This document shows positions 21,193 through 30,618 of a stretch of 64,000 nt of DNA, piece by piece. The notes below the pieces were generated by a model, which made no database searches, had not been told where the DNA came from, and saw only the letters and a list, made by a program, of their open reading frames with translations. Every line of letters begins with the position of its first letter. The stretch's first letter is position 1. The stretch is from NCBI GenBank assembly GCA_003485765.1, contig DNHS01000056.1:8064-72063 (forward strand), in the 5' to 3' direction. The DNA comes from Candidatus Omnitrophota bacterium. GTDB taxonomy: Bacteria; Omnitrophota; Gorgyraeia; Gorgyraeales; Gorgyraeaceae. A program made the translations under genes and the position numbers.

Positions 21193-22401
21193 TTACCTGA
21201 TAAAAAATTCCATCAGCTCATGGCCTTTATCTATGCGGAATTTGGAAAGGCGGGCTTCTTTCTCGTTAAAATGCTTAATAGTCCCCTGCTCTATATCTGT
21301 GCCATACATGGCAAAACAAACATAATCCCTGGAATGGGTCTTTAATGCAATAGGTGTAGCATGGTCGTACAAAACCAGTATTCTGAATTCTTCATCACCA
21401 GACTTAAAATGGTTTAATACAGTGCCTACTACAAACTTGTCAAATTTCTCTATGCTGTAGATTTTTTCTCTCAAATCTCCATTGTGCCCTGCCTCATCAG
21501 GGGCTTCCACGTGAACAAATACAAAATCCTTATGCCTTAGCGAATCAATAGCATACTCTGCCTTGCCCAGATAGTTGGTGTCATAATATCCTGTAGCCCC
21601 AGGCACATTAATAACGTCAAGCCCTATAATCTTGCCTATGCCTTTTATAAGATCAACCGCTGATATAATAGAACCCTCTACATGATAAAGCTTTGAAAAT
21701 TTTGGCATAAAAGGTTTTATGCCCTGGCCCCACAGCCATATCATATTTGCAGGATTCTCTTTCAGGTCAAGCCTCACCCTGTTCACTTCATGTTCAGACA
21801 AGATCTTTCTGGATTCATCCATTAATCTTTTTAATATTTCTGCCTGAGGCGTCATTGCAGGTAGAAATCTATAAATTGTCTTCCCTGATATATCATGGGG
21901 CGGCATACATTTTGTTTTTACAAAGTTTTCCTGTTCTCCTTTATCTTTACATTTAAATACTACAAGATGCCTGTAACTTATGCCTGGGTAAAATTTAATA
22001 TCTTCTGTCCCTAATTTAGAATTTAATTCTTCTATAAGAGATTTTGCCTCTTCGTTTGATATATGGCCTGCGCTGTAATCCGCCATTTTATCGTCTGAAA
22101 TAGTTACCAGGTTACACCTGAAAGCAACTTCATTATCCTGTAAATCTATGCCCATATTTACCGCTTCTAACGGGCCGCGGCCAGTATAATATTTTTTTGG
22201 ATTATACCCAAGTATAGAAAGGTTTGCCACATCGCTTGCAGGCAGCATCCTGGCAGGTATCATATTGGTAAGGCCGACCTTGCCTTTTTCAGCTATAAAA
22301 TTCATATTAGGAATTTTGGCTGCCTCAAGAACAGTCTTTCCGCCAAGATCCTCAATAGGCCTGTCGCCCATTCCATCGCCAACCAGGACAATATATTTCA
22401 T
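21193..22401 (-). CDS. apgM: Cofactor-independent phosphoglycerate mutase, archaeal ApgM family (possible non-orthologous homoserine kinase)
   Basis: 402 aa. N-terminus YIVLVGDGMGDRP...NM is a metalloenzyme-superfamily motif. Sits next to lysC; ApgM homologues in thr-type contexts have been proposed as homoserine kinases. Confidence 0.6.
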   Translation of the reverse strand: MKYIVLVGDGMGDRPIEDLGGKTVLEAAKIPNMNFIAEKGKVGLTNMIPARMLPASDVANLSILGYNPKKYYTGRGPLEAVNMGIDLQDNEVAFRCNLVTISDDKMADYSAGHISNEEAKSLIEELNSKLGTEDIKFYPGISYRHLVVFKCKDKGEQENFVKTKCMPPHDISGKTIYRFLPAMTPQAEILKRLMDESRKILSEHEVNRVRLDLKENPANMIWLWGQGIKPFMPKFSKLYHVEGSIISAVDLIKGIGKIIGLDVINVPGATGYYDTNYLGKAEYAIDSLRHKDFVFVHVEAPDEAGHNGDLREKIYSIEKFDKFVVGTVLNHFKSGDEEFRILVLYDHATPIALKTHSRDYVCFAMYGTDIEQGTIKHFNEKEARLSKFRIDKGHELMEFFIR

Positions 22402-22459
22402 AGATGTCTCCCAATTTCATAACGCCCTAAAAACGCGATAACCGCTAATTACTTAAATA

Positions 22460-22654
22460 TCAAATACCCCTCTGGTTTTTATGTTCGTTTTCGTCCATCC
22501 ACTTTTTAATAGACTCTTTTCTGATGCGCCAACTTGCGCCTATTTTAAAAGCAGGAATTTTGCCATCTTGGACATGCTTGTATATTGTCATAGGGTGGAC
22601 GCCCATATATTCTGCTATTTCCTTAACTGTCATCACTTGTTTGGCTTTAGTCAT
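22460..22654 (-). CDS. Excisionase-family (MerR-like) helix-turn-helix DNA-binding protein, 64 aa
   Basis: MTVKEIAEYMGVHPMTIYKHVQDGKIPAFKIGASWRI matches HTH_17/excisionase-type DNA-binding domains. Has its own promoter and RBS (AAAGGAG). Confidence 0.6.
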   Translation of the reverse strand: MTKAKQVMTVKEIAEYMGVHPMTIYKHVQDGKIPAFKIGASWRIRKESIKKWMDENEHKNQRGI

Positions 22655-22694
22655 ACTAGGCTCCTTTATATTCCTTTAAGTCGAAGTATAAGAA

Positions 22695-22722
22695 AGTATA
22701 ATGATTTTATTGGGTTTGTCAA
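22695..22722 (-). promoter_or_regulatory. sigma70-like promoter (TTGACA-16nt-TATACT) for the small HTH gene
   Basis: Minus-strand TTGACA at 22722-22717 and TATACT at 22700-22695, about 40 nt upstream of the ATG at 22654. Confidence 0.4.
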
Positions 22723-22783
22723 GAAATTCGAGATCTGCTATTAGGAGAACTTTCTTGATACTGGATTAGAATACCTGCAGAAC

Positions 22784-23437
22784 CTATGCGGAAATGGAAG
22801 ATTCAGCGCGCCTGACTTCTTCTATAAAGCGCTCCATTAATTCGGCATTCTTATTGCCTGGGCTGGATTCAATACCTGAGGAGACATCTACGCCATAAGG
22901 CTTAACTTCTTTTATTATTTTATAAACATTATCAGGGTTTAAGCCGCCTGATATAATAATATTTTTTCCATATTCTTTTGCAATGACAACAAGTGAATGG
23001 TCAAAATCTTCACCTGTGCCGCCATATAACCCTCTTTTATAAGCATCAAGTAAAATCGCATCTGCAGGGCAATCTTCTATAGCTTCCAAACTTTCCCTAT
23101 CCTTGATCCTTATAGCTTTTATAAGTTTCACTCCTTTTAACTTTAAACTTTTAAACTTTAAACAATATTTCACATCTTCATCGCCATGCAGCTGGACAGC
23201 GTTCAAATTACACCTTTCAACGCATTCTTCAATAAATTCGAGATCCTCATTAACAAAAACTCCCACTGCGCTTATAAAAGGCGGGATATCTTTTACTATC
23301 CTCTCAGCCTTTTCCAATGCGACAAAACGAGAGCTATCTTTAAAAAATACAACCCCTATTGCGTCAGCGCCTGCTGCTATTGCGCTATCCCTGTCTTCAA
23401 CTGATATTATTCCGCAAAACTTAACCCTTACTCTCAT
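22784..23437 (-). CDS. trpF: N-(5'-phosphoribosyl)anthranilate isomerase
   Basis: 217 aa. VKFCGI...VQLHGDE...GGTG...SGGL PRAI motifs. Contains an in-frame tandem-heptamer segment at about 23141-23170. Confidence 0.85.
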   Translation of the reverse strand: MRVRVKFCGIISVEDRDSAIAAGADAIGVVFFKDSSRFVALEKAERIVKDIPPFISAVGVFVNEDLEFIEECVERCNLNAVQLHGDEDVKYCLKFKSLKLKGVKLIKAIRIKDRESLEAIEDCPADAILLDAYKRGLYGGTGEDFDHSLVVIAKEYGKNIIISGGLNPDNVYKIIKEVKPYGVDVSSGIESSPGNKNAELMERFIEEVRRAESSISA

Positions 23438-24243
23438 TGCATGATCTCCTTTATCTTCCCTGCAATATCATCTGCTCCCAAAAACGCTCCACCTATTAGA
23501 ACAGCATTCACTCCAGCCTTCCTGAGCTTTCCAATATCTTCATTGGTGGATATCCCGCTTTCACTAATTGTTATAATTTCTTTAGGGATTTTAGGAATAA
23601 GTCTGTAAGCGGTATCCATCGATATTATGAATGTCTCCAGATCCCTATTATTAACCCCTATTATATCTGCTCCGCTCAACAAGGCCTTTTCAAGATCAAA
23701 TTCATCGTGAATCTCAATAATGGCATCCATGTTAATCTTTTTCGCAAGATGCATAAAACTCTTTATCTGGTCCACTGATAAAATCCTAGCAATTAATAGT
23801 ATTGCGTCTGCTCCGAAATAACGGGACTCGTAAACCTGATATTCGTCTATTATAAAATCTTTTCTCAGGACAGGCATATCTACGGCGCGCTTTACTTCAT
23901 TTATATGCAGGATATTCCCGCTAAAAAACTTTTTATCTGTGAGGACTGATATAGCTTTAGCTCCTTCTGCCTTATATATATTTGCTATGGTGGTTATATC
24001 TAATTTTCTGAAAAAATTTCTTTTAAAAGACGGAGATTTCTTTTTTATCTCTGCAATAAGGTTCAGCTCTTCCCCGCTGGAGATAGCTTTTTTAAATGGC
24101 CGTATGCCTCTTAATAGGCGTTTTGAATCAACAAACTCTGTTATAGCCCTTTTGGATTTCAGCGCATCGACTTCTTTTCTTTTTAATATAATTATATCCT
24201 GCAAAAAATTTTTCATATTATGCGCTACTAGTTTACAAAACAA
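23434..24243 (-). CDS. trpC: Indole-3-glycerol phosphate synthase
   Basis: 269 aa with IGPS motifs (IAEIKKKSPS, VLRKDFIID, GVNNRDLETF). The real start is possibly the internal Met at 24216. Confidence 0.85.
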   Translation of the reverse strand: MFCKLVAHNMKNFLQDIIILKRKEVDALKSKRAITEFVDSKRLLRGIRPFKKAISSGEELNLIAEIKKKSPSFKRNFFRKLDITTIANIYKAEGAKAISVLTDKKFFSGNILHINEVKRAVDMPVLRKDFIIDEYQVYESRYFGADAILLIARILSVDQIKSFMHLAKKINMDAIIEIHDEFDLEKALLSGADIIGVNNRDLETFIISMDTAYRLIPKIPKEIITISESGISTNEDIGKLRKAGVNAVLIGGAFLGADDIAGKIKEIMQ

Positions 24244-24263
24244 GTCATACTCGTTTTGTAAAC
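24231..24263. repeat. 35-bp palindromic intergenic element, copy 3 (opposite loop orientation)
   Basis: GTTTACAAAACaagtcatactcGTTTTGTAAAC at the trpD stop / trpC start junction. Confidence 0.75.
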
Positions 24264-25270
24264 TAACGATTAGTAAATTCTACCAGTTTTTCTAATTTCT
24301 CTTTTGCCTTGCCTGATTCTATGGATAAACTGGCTATTTCAATGCCATCTTTAAAATCCTTTGCCATGCCTCCGGCAATTAACGCAGCAGAAGCGTTTAA
24401 TAATACCACATCCTGCCTCGGGCCTTTTTCTCCTTCAATGACCTTTTTTACTATAGCTGCGTTTTCTTCCACGGTTCCGCCTTTTATATCTAAAAGTTCT
24501 GCTTTCTTCATGCCGAAATCCTGAGGCTTTATATAATATCCTTTTACCTTTTTATTATTCAACTCGCTAACTTTGGTTTCACCTGTTATAGTTATTTCAT
24601 CCAGAGTGTCCATGCCATGCACTACAAATGCCCTTTTAACACCCAGATTATTAAGCACGTTTGCAAGCTTATCCGTAAGGCCTTCTTCATATACGCCTAA
24701 AACCTGGCCCATAGCATTTGCAGGATTTGTAAGAGGCCCGAGTATATTGAATATCGTTCTTATTCCTATCTCTCTCCTTGGTCCTATTGCAAATTTCATT
24801 GCATTATGAAAAAGCGGCGCATATAAAAAACCTATGCCTATCTTTTCTATACATTCCTTAACTTTTTCAGGCGATATATCAATATTTACCCCAAGCGCTT
24901 TTATAACATCTGCGCTTCCACAAACGCTAGAGACCCCGCGATTTCCGTGCTTAGCCACTTTTAACCCAGCCCCGCTTACCACGAAAGCAACTGTTGTCGA
25001 TATATTAAAGGTATCCACTCCGCTTCCTCCTGTCCCGCAGGTATCTATTGAATTGCTGCTTATGTCAATTTTTGTAGCTTTCTCGCGCATAACAATAGCA
25101 GCGCCTGTAATTTCCTCTACTGTTTCGCCTTTAATTCTAAGCGCTGTAATAAAACTTCCTATCTGCGCCTGAGTGGCAACTCCAGTCATTATCTCATTCA
25201 TGCAGGAAATCATCTCTTCCCGCGTCAGGTCAAATCCATCTACTGCTTTCCCAATAGCTTCTTTTATCAT
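24263..25270 (-). CDS. trpD: Anthranilate phosphoribosyltransferase
   Basis: 335 aa. [24 protein letters not shown] and NPANA motifs. Confidence 0.9.
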   Translation of the reverse strand: MIKEAIGKAVDGFDLTREEMISCMNEIMTGVATQAQIGSFITALRIKGETVEEITGAAIVMREKATKIDISSNSIDTCGTGGSGVDTFNISTTVAFVVSGAGLKVAKHGNRGVSSVCGSADVIKALGVNIDISPEKVKECIEKIGIGFLYAPLFHNAMKFAIGPRREIGIRTIFNILGPLTNPANAMGQVLGVYEEGLTDKLANVLNNLGVKRAFVVHGMDTLDEITITGETKVSELNNKKVKGYYIKPQDFGMKKAELLDIKGGTVEENAAIVKKVIEGEKGPRQDVVLLNASAALIAGGMAKDFKDGIEIASLSIESGKAKEKLEKLVEFTNR

Positions 25271-25281
25271 ACAAACCTCTC

Positions 25282-25845
25282 TTATAAATTAATAAAGTTC
25301 TTTAATAATTGCTTTCCTTCTTTAGTCAAGATTGATTCGGGATGAAACTGAACTCCCCATATTGGAAATTTTTTATGCGCAAGGCCCATTATTTCGTTAT
25401 CCTTTGTCCATGCCATAATCTGCAATGCATCCGGAAAAGATTTTTTCTCAACTATCAATGAATGATACCTCGTAGCTTCGAATGGATTAGATAAACCTTT
25501 AAAGATAGGATTGGCGTTATGGTATATCAAAGAAGTTTTGCCATGCATAAGTTTATCTGCGCGGATAACCTTCCCTCCAAAAACCTCTCCTATTGCCTGG
25601 TGACCGAGACAAACTCCTAACAATGGAATTCTAGCTCCAAACTCTTTTATAACCTTTTCTGAAATACCCGCCTCGCTTGGCCTTCCTGGGCCAGGAGAGA
25701 TTACGATATGATTCGGCTTTAATATTTTTATCTCTTCAATGTTTATCTTATCGTTTCTATATACAGTTAACTTTTCCCCAAGTTCAGACAAATACTGAAC
25801 CAGATTATAGGTAAATGAATCATAATTATCTATCATTAAAATCAT
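25282..25845 (-). CDS. trpG: Anthranilate synthase component II (glutamine amidotransferase)
   Basis: Class-I GATase triad (GVCLGHQ..., HPES). ATG at 25845 is preceded by a GAGGTG RBS; the ORF-track start at 25857 is a TTG. Confidence 0.85.
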   Translation of the reverse strand: MILMIDNYDSFTYNLVQYLSELGEKLTVYRNDKINIEEIKILKPNHIVISPGPGRPSEAGISEKVIKEFGARIPLLGVCLGHQAIGEVFGGKVIRADKLMHGKTSLIYHNANPIFKGLSNPFEATRYHSLIVEKKSFPDALQIMAWTKDNEIMGLAHKKFPIWGVQFHPESILTKEGKQLLKNFINL

Positions 25846-25862
25846 GCAGCACCTCAAATTCT

Positions 25863-25899
25863 AAGTTGACACTTCTGACATTGTCAGAAGTGTCAACTT
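25863..25899. repeat. Perfect 37-bp palindrome (18-bp arms, 1-nt spacer) at the trpE-trpG junction
   Basis: AAGTTGACACTTCTGACA t TGTCAGAAGTGTCAACTT. The right arm overlaps the last codons and stop of trpE. Ends 18 nt upstream of the trpG RBS. Confidence 0.8.
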
Positions 25900-27380
25900 G
25901 TCAATCCTCTCTCTGCGATTTCTATCGCCATGACTATTGCTTTTGCTTTATTCACTGTCTCCTGATATTCCCTGGACGGGATAGAATCAGCTACGATGCC
26001 TCCGCCTGCCTGTATAAAAGCGTCTCTTCCTTTAACAAGCATAGTCCTTATGGTTATGCAAGTGTCCATATTCCCAGAAAAACTAAAATATCCTACCGCT
26101 CCTGCGTAATAACTTCTTTTTGTATTCTCAAGTTCGTCTATTATCTCCATAGCCCTTACCTTGGGAGCGCCTGATACAGTGCCTGCTGGAAAACACGCCC
26201 TTAAGACATCAAATGCGTTCTTATTTTTATCAAGAATGCCCCTGCAATTACTCACAATATGCATGACGTGAGAATACTTCTCTATAAACATAAAATCTGT
26301 TACATGCACGCTGCCCGGTTTACAGACCCTTCCTATGTCATTCCTGCCAAGATCCACCAGCATTACATGTTCTGCTCTTTCCTTTACGTCAGCTAAAAGT
26401 TCCTTTTCCAGTTTTTTATCTTCGGCATCATTCCTGCCTCTCGGCCTTGTGCCTGCTATAGGCCTGGTCTCAACTATTCCGTTTTCGCACCTAACCAAAA
26501 GCTCCGGAGACGAGCCTACAATCTTTAGATCGTTAAAATTCAGATAATACATATAAGGCGATGGATTTAAAGATCTGAGCGAGCGGTAAACATCAAACGG
26601 CTCGCAGTCGAGCTTTGTGTGAAACCTCTGCGACGGCACAACCTGTATAATATCCCCGGCTTTTATATATTCTTTTGCCTTTCTAACTAAATTTTCAAAT
26701 TCTAGTTTTGTAAAATTAGCTTCTATCTTATGTTTTTTGTTTGTTGGTTTTATTTTTTGTTTCTTCTCAGGCATGCTCAATTTCTTCACAATCTCTTCTA
26801 TTTTTTTGACTGCCTTATCGTATATCTTTCCGCCTTTAACCTTTAACCTTTCACCTTTCACTAAATATGCATTTACCACTATCTTAACCTTGTGCGTTGA
26901 ATGATCAAATATCACTAGGCTGTCCGCCATCATAAATATAGAATCGGGGATCTGCAAATCATCAGGATTTTTATCAGGCAGGTTTTCAAAAAATCTTACC
27001 ATATCATATCCCATGTATCCTACCAGCCCTCCGGAAAATCTGGGAAGGCCTTTTGTCTCAGCCGCTTTAAAATCACTCATTATATTTTCAATTTCTTTTA
27101 ATGGCTCATCTGCAAGATATGTTTTAATTTTTCCACCCTTATTTATCTCAATTGAATTCGCCTTGCTCTTTAATATTATAGAAGGTTCTAGGCCTATAAA
27201 TGAAAACCTCGCTATCTTTTCCTGGCCTTCAACAGACTCCAATAAATATGAATACCCCTTGCCTATTTTCTGAAAGACAGAAACAGGGGTTAATGTATCT
27301 GCCAGAATTTCTTTATAGACAGGGATTACGTTTACCTTTTTAGCCAGCTTTATGAATTCTTGTTTGGATGGATAATACAT
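25893..27380 (-). CDS. trpE: Anthranilate synthase component I
   Basis: Chorismate-binding motifs ([28 protein letters not shown]). Start set at the Met of MYYPSKQEF (27380), which abuts the hisI stop. The track's longer start would overlap hisI by 50 nt. Confidence 0.85.
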   Translation of the reverse strand: MYYPSKQEFIKLAKKVNVIPVYKEILADTLTPVSVFQKIGKGYSYLLESVEGQEKIARFSFIGLEPSIILKSKANSIEINKGGKIKTYLADEPLKEIENIMSDFKAAETKGLPRFSGGLVGYMGYDMVRFFENLPDKNPDDLQIPDSIFMMADSLVIFDHSTHKVKIVVNAYLVKGERLKVKGGKIYDKAVKKIEEIVKKLSMPEKKQKIKPTNKKHKIEANFTKLEFENLVRKAKEYIKAGDIIQVVPSQRFHTKLDCEPFDVYRSLRSLNPSPYMYYLNFNDLKIVGSSPELLVRCENGIVETRPIAGTRPRGRNDAEDKKLEKELLADVKERAEHVMLVDLGRNDIGRVCKPGSVHVTDFMFIEKYSHVMHIVSNCRGILDKNKNAFDVLRACFPAGTVSGAPKVRAMEIIDELENTKRSYYAGAVGYFSFSGNMDTCITIRTMLVKGRDAFIQAGGGIVADSIPSREYQETVNKAKAIVMAIEIAERGLTS

Positions 27381-27381
27381 A

Positions 27382-27717
27382 TTATACTTTTCTATAAAAA
27401 CAATTCCTGTTTCCCGTATGACACGCAACGCCATCTCCTAATTGCCTTACTTTTATAAGAAGGGTGTCCATGTCGCAATCATAATAAATCGCTTTCACAA
27501 CCTGGAAATTTCCAGAAGTCTCTCCTTTTACCCAGTATTTTTGCCTGGATCTGGACCAGAAACATGTCTTTTTAACTTTCAATGTCTTCTTGAGAGAATC
27601 TTTGTTCATATAAGCCATCATCAAAACTTCTCTAGTCTTATAATCTTGGATTATAGCCGGAATCAAACCTTCTTTATCATATTTTAAATCCTCTGCTTTG
27701 AACCTTTGAGTCTTCAT
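27382..27717 (-). CDS. hisI: Phosphoribosyl-AMP cyclohydrolase (monofunctional)
   Basis: 111 aa. GLIPAIIQD...[16 protein letters not shown]...CD.D HisI motifs. No HisE domain. Confidence 0.85.
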   Translation of the reverse strand: MKTQRFKAEDLKYDKEGLIPAIIQDYKTREVLMMAYMNKDSLKKTLKVKKTCFWSRSRQKYWVKGETSGNFQVVKAIYYDCDMDTLLIKVRQLGDGVACHTGNRNCFYRKV

Positions 27718-28472
27718 ATCCTCACTCTCACTTTTCTATTCCTCAGATACTCTTTAACTTCTCTGATTGAATATTCTTTATAATGAAAAATAGACGCTGC
27801 CAAAGCTGCGTCTGCCTTGCCTTTTGTAAACGCTTCGTATATGTGCTCCAAGTTTCCTGCGCCGCCTGAAGCTATTATAGGGATGCTTAAGCTTTCTGAA
27901 AATTTCCTTGTAAGCTCTATGTCATAGCCGTTTTTTGTCCCATCCATATCCATGCTTGTAAGAAGAATCTCGCCAGCTCCCATTTTTTGCACAATTTTGC
28001 CCCATTTAATAGCGTCAATACCTGTGGGAGTCCTGCCGCCATGCACATAAACTTCCCACCTGTCTTTAGAGCTTTTTTTAGCGTCTATCGCAACCACAAT
28101 ACACTGACTGCCGAATTTTTCGCTGGCTTTTTTTACAAGCTCAACATCTTTTACAGCAGCTGTATTTATAGAGACCTTATCAGCTCCTGCTTTCAATAAC
28201 TGCCTTATGTCTGTCAGGTTTCTTATGCCGCCGCCTACGGTTAAAGGCATAAAAACAGTCTCTGCAGTCTTTTTTACAACATCCAGCATTATATTTCTTT
28301 TTTCAAAACTCGCTGTAATGTCTAAAAAGACAATCTCATCCGCCTTTTCTCTGTCATAAAACTGGGCAACCTCAACAGGATCTCCTGCGTCCCTGAGATT
28401 CAGGAACTTGACCCCCTTGACAACCCTGCCGTCTTTTACATCTAAACATGGAATGATTCGTTTTGTTAACAT
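27714..28472 (-). CDS. hisF: Imidazole glycerol phosphate synthase cyclase subunit
   Basis: 252 aa. [16 protein letters not shown]...GGGI...SGGAG TIM-barrel HisF motifs. Confidence 0.9.
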   Translation of the reverse strand: MLTKRIIPCLDVKDGRVVKGVKFLNLRDAGDPVEVAQFYDREKADEIVFLDITASFEKRNIMLDVVKKTAETVFMPLTVGGGIRNLTDIRQLLKAGADKVSINTAAVKDVELVKKASEKFGSQCIVVAIDAKKSSKDRWEVYVHGGRTPTGIDAIKWGKIVQKMGAGEILLTSMDMDGTKNGYDIELTRKFSESLSIPIIASGGAGNLEHIYEAFTKGKADAALAASIFHYKEYSIREVKEYLRNRKVRVRI

Positions 28473-28478
28473 AACATT

Positions 28479-28517
28479 TTGGCAGACTAAAGTCTGCCCT
28501 ACAATTTTATAGCAAAG
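28479..28517 (-). promoter_or_regulatory. Conserved hairpin motif (AAAATTGTAG-GGCAGAC-ttta-GTCTGCC-AA, minus strand) 8 nt upstream of the hisF ATG
   Basis: Perfect 7-bp stem with a 4-nt loop. Near-identical motif at 39717-39755, where the stem carries a compensatory C<->G swap. Confidence 0.55.
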
Positions 28518-28532
28518 ATCTTTACTTTCATA

Positions 28533-29258
28533 TTATTTCGCGATTTGTATGGCTTCCTGTAAATCAATCTTGCTTTCATATATCGCCTTGCCGATAACAA
28601 CGCCTTCTAAATTCTTATTTTCAATTTCTTTCAATTTTTTTATATCTTTCAGGGAAGAAATACCGCCGGAAGCTATGACAGAGATATCTACGGTATTAAG
28701 GATTTGTTTCAATCTCTCTATTCTTGGACCTTTTAATGTCCCATCTACGCTTATGTCAGTCAATATTATAGTCTTAACTCCTATTTTTTGCATCTCCTGA
28801 ACCATAAATATTGGGTCCAGGCCTGTTTTTTCCTTCCAGCCGTGTTTCACAACCTCGTCTCTATGAAAATCCACACCCACAGCTATCTTTTCTCTAAATT
28901 CTTTTATCAGTTCTTCTAAAAACCTTGGATCTTCAAAAGCCTTAGTGCCTAATATCACGCGTCTTGCGCCGCTATTTAAAAAATACTCTATATCGCTTTT
29001 ATCCCTGATGCCCCCGCCTACTTCGCATGGCGTTTTTATATTTTTTATAATCTCCGCTATTATATCTTGGTTTTTTATCTTTCCTTCTCTTGCGCCGTCC
29101 AAATCAACTATATGCAGTAATTCCGCTCCTTTTTTCTCCAAATATTTTGCCATCTCAAGAGGGTTGTTTGAATAAATCCTCTTCTTATTAAAATTGCCTT
29201 TTACAAGCCTAACTACCTTTCCACCAATTATATCTATAGCTGGAATAATTAACATCAT
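28533..29258 (-). CDS. hisA: 1-(5-phosphoribosyl)-5-[(5-phosphoribosylamino)methylideneamino]imidazole-4-carboxamide isomerase
   Basis: 241 aa. IIPAIDI..GKVVRL... and GGGIR HisA motifs. Confidence 0.9.
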   Translation of the reverse strand: MMLIIPAIDIIGGKVVRLVKGNFNKKRIYSNNPLEMAKYLEKKGAELLHIVDLDGAREGKIKNQDIIAEIIKNIKTPCEVGGGIRDKSDIEYFLNSGARRVILGTKAFEDPRFLEELIKEFREKIAVGVDFHRDEVVKHGWKEKTGLDPIFMVQEMQKIGVKTIILTDISVDGTLKGPRIERLKQILNTVDISVIASGGISSLKDIKKLKEIENKNLEGVVIGKAIYESKIDLQEAIQIAK

Positions 29259-29293
29259 AACCTCCTCTAACTGCGTAGGTCACCTCGGGTGAT

Positions 29294-29974
29294 TTAAGCA
29301 ATTATGTTAACAAAGTTCTCTATAATTTTTAACCCCATAGATTGGCTTTTTTCAGGATGAAATTGAAATCCATATACATTGTCTTTACGCACTCCTGAAG
29401 CAAAATCCCATCCATAATCTGTCTCGCATAAAATAACATTTTTATCTTTCGGCACCGCATAATACGAATGCACAAAATACATATAACTCCCGTCTTCCAC
29501 CCCATCTATAACTTTTAACTTTGAACTTTTAAACTTTAAACTAATTCTATTCCACCCCATATGTGGTATCTTTAATCCATCTCTTTCCTTAAACCTTCTA
29601 ACCTTGCCTTTTATAATATCCAGGCCTTTTATACATTCGCCCAAGGAACCCCGGGCTTTAGCCCTGGTGGGCTCCGCTTTCCCGCCTTCCTCGCTTTCAG
29701 TAAATAAAAGCTGCAATCCTAGGCATATTCCTAAAAAAGGTCTGCCTTTTTCTATAGAGTCCTTGATCGGCTCTATTAAATCTCTTTTTTTTAATTCTTC
29801 CATTGCGACCTTAAAAGCTCCTACACCAGGCAGAATTATTTTATCAGCCTTAAGGATATCTTTTGCAGACGAACTCACAATAACATTTGAACAGAATTTC
29901 TCAAACGCCTTCTGAACGCTCCTCAAATTCCCCATCCCGTAATCAATAATAACTATCATTTTACATTCCAACAA
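29294..29974 (-). CDS. hisH: Imidazole glycerol phosphate synthase glutamine amidotransferase subunit
   Basis: GATase triad (GICLGLQ, HMGWN, FHPEKS). Start probably at MIVIIDYG (29959). Contains an in-frame tandem-heptamer segment at about 29506-29540. Confidence 0.85.
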   Translation of the reverse strand: MLECKMIVIIDYGMGNLRSVQKAFEKFCSNVIVSSSAKDILKADKIILPGVGAFKVAMEELKKRDLIEPIKDSIEKGRPFLGICLGLQLLFTESEEGGKAEPTRAKARGSLGECIKGLDIIKGKVRRFKERDGLKIPHMGWNRISLKFKSSKLKVIDGVEDGSYMYFVHSYYAVPKDKNVILCETDYGWDFASGVRKDNVYGFQFHPEKSQSMGLKIIENFVNIIA

Positions 29975-29976
29975 CT

Positions 29977-30603
29977 TTACAGTTTGCCTTTAGTAGACGG
30001 TATAGATTTAGATCTAATATCTATCTGCGTTGCCTCATCAAGGCTGCGGCCCATTGCTTTAAAAATAGCCTCTATCAAATGATGAAGGTCCTTGTCAAAC
30101 GCAAGAATCTCTATGTGCATGTTAATACCTGCGTTCATGACAAACGCCTGCATGAACTGTTCCATGTTTACGAAAGAATATTTTACGCTGTCCCCTATCG
30201 CCAGATTAGCCAATAGATTTTCGATATCGCGTTTTGTTTTATAGTGTACATGCAAAGATGGCCTGTTGCTTATATCTGCAACCACCCTTACAAGGCAGCC
30301 ATCCATAGGGACAAAACTATCTCCGAATCTCCTTATGCCCTTTTTATTTCCCAGCGCCTTCTTAAATGCGCTTCCAAGCGTAATGCCTATATCCTCATTA
30401 GTATGGTGCATATCTACGTCCATGTCGCCTTGAGCAGCTACGCCTAAATCAAAAAAACCATGTTTTGCAAAAAGCGTAAGCATATGATCAAGAAAACCTA
30501 TGCCTGTTTTGATCTCAGCGTTACCCCTTCCGTCTATTGTTAAATTCACAACTATATTAGTCTCTTTTGTTTTCCTTGCTACTTTCGCAGTTCTTTTTTT
30601 CAT
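29977..30603 (-). CDS. hisB: Imidazoleglycerol-phosphate dehydratase
   Basis: 208 aa. IGFLDHML...HH.ED IGPD metal-binding motifs. Confidence 0.9.
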   Translation of the reverse strand: MKKRTAKVARKTKETNIVVNLTIDGRGNAEIKTGIGFLDHMLTLFAKHGFFDLGVAAQGDMDVDMHHTNEDIGITLGSAFKKALGNKKGIRRFGDSFVPMDGCLVRVVADISNRPSLHVHYKTKRDIENLLANLAIGDSVKYSFVNMEQFMQAFVMNAGINMHIEILAFDKDLHHLIEAIFKAMGRSLDEATQIDIRSKSIPSTKGKL

Positions 30604-30618
30604 ATTTATCCTTTTCTT

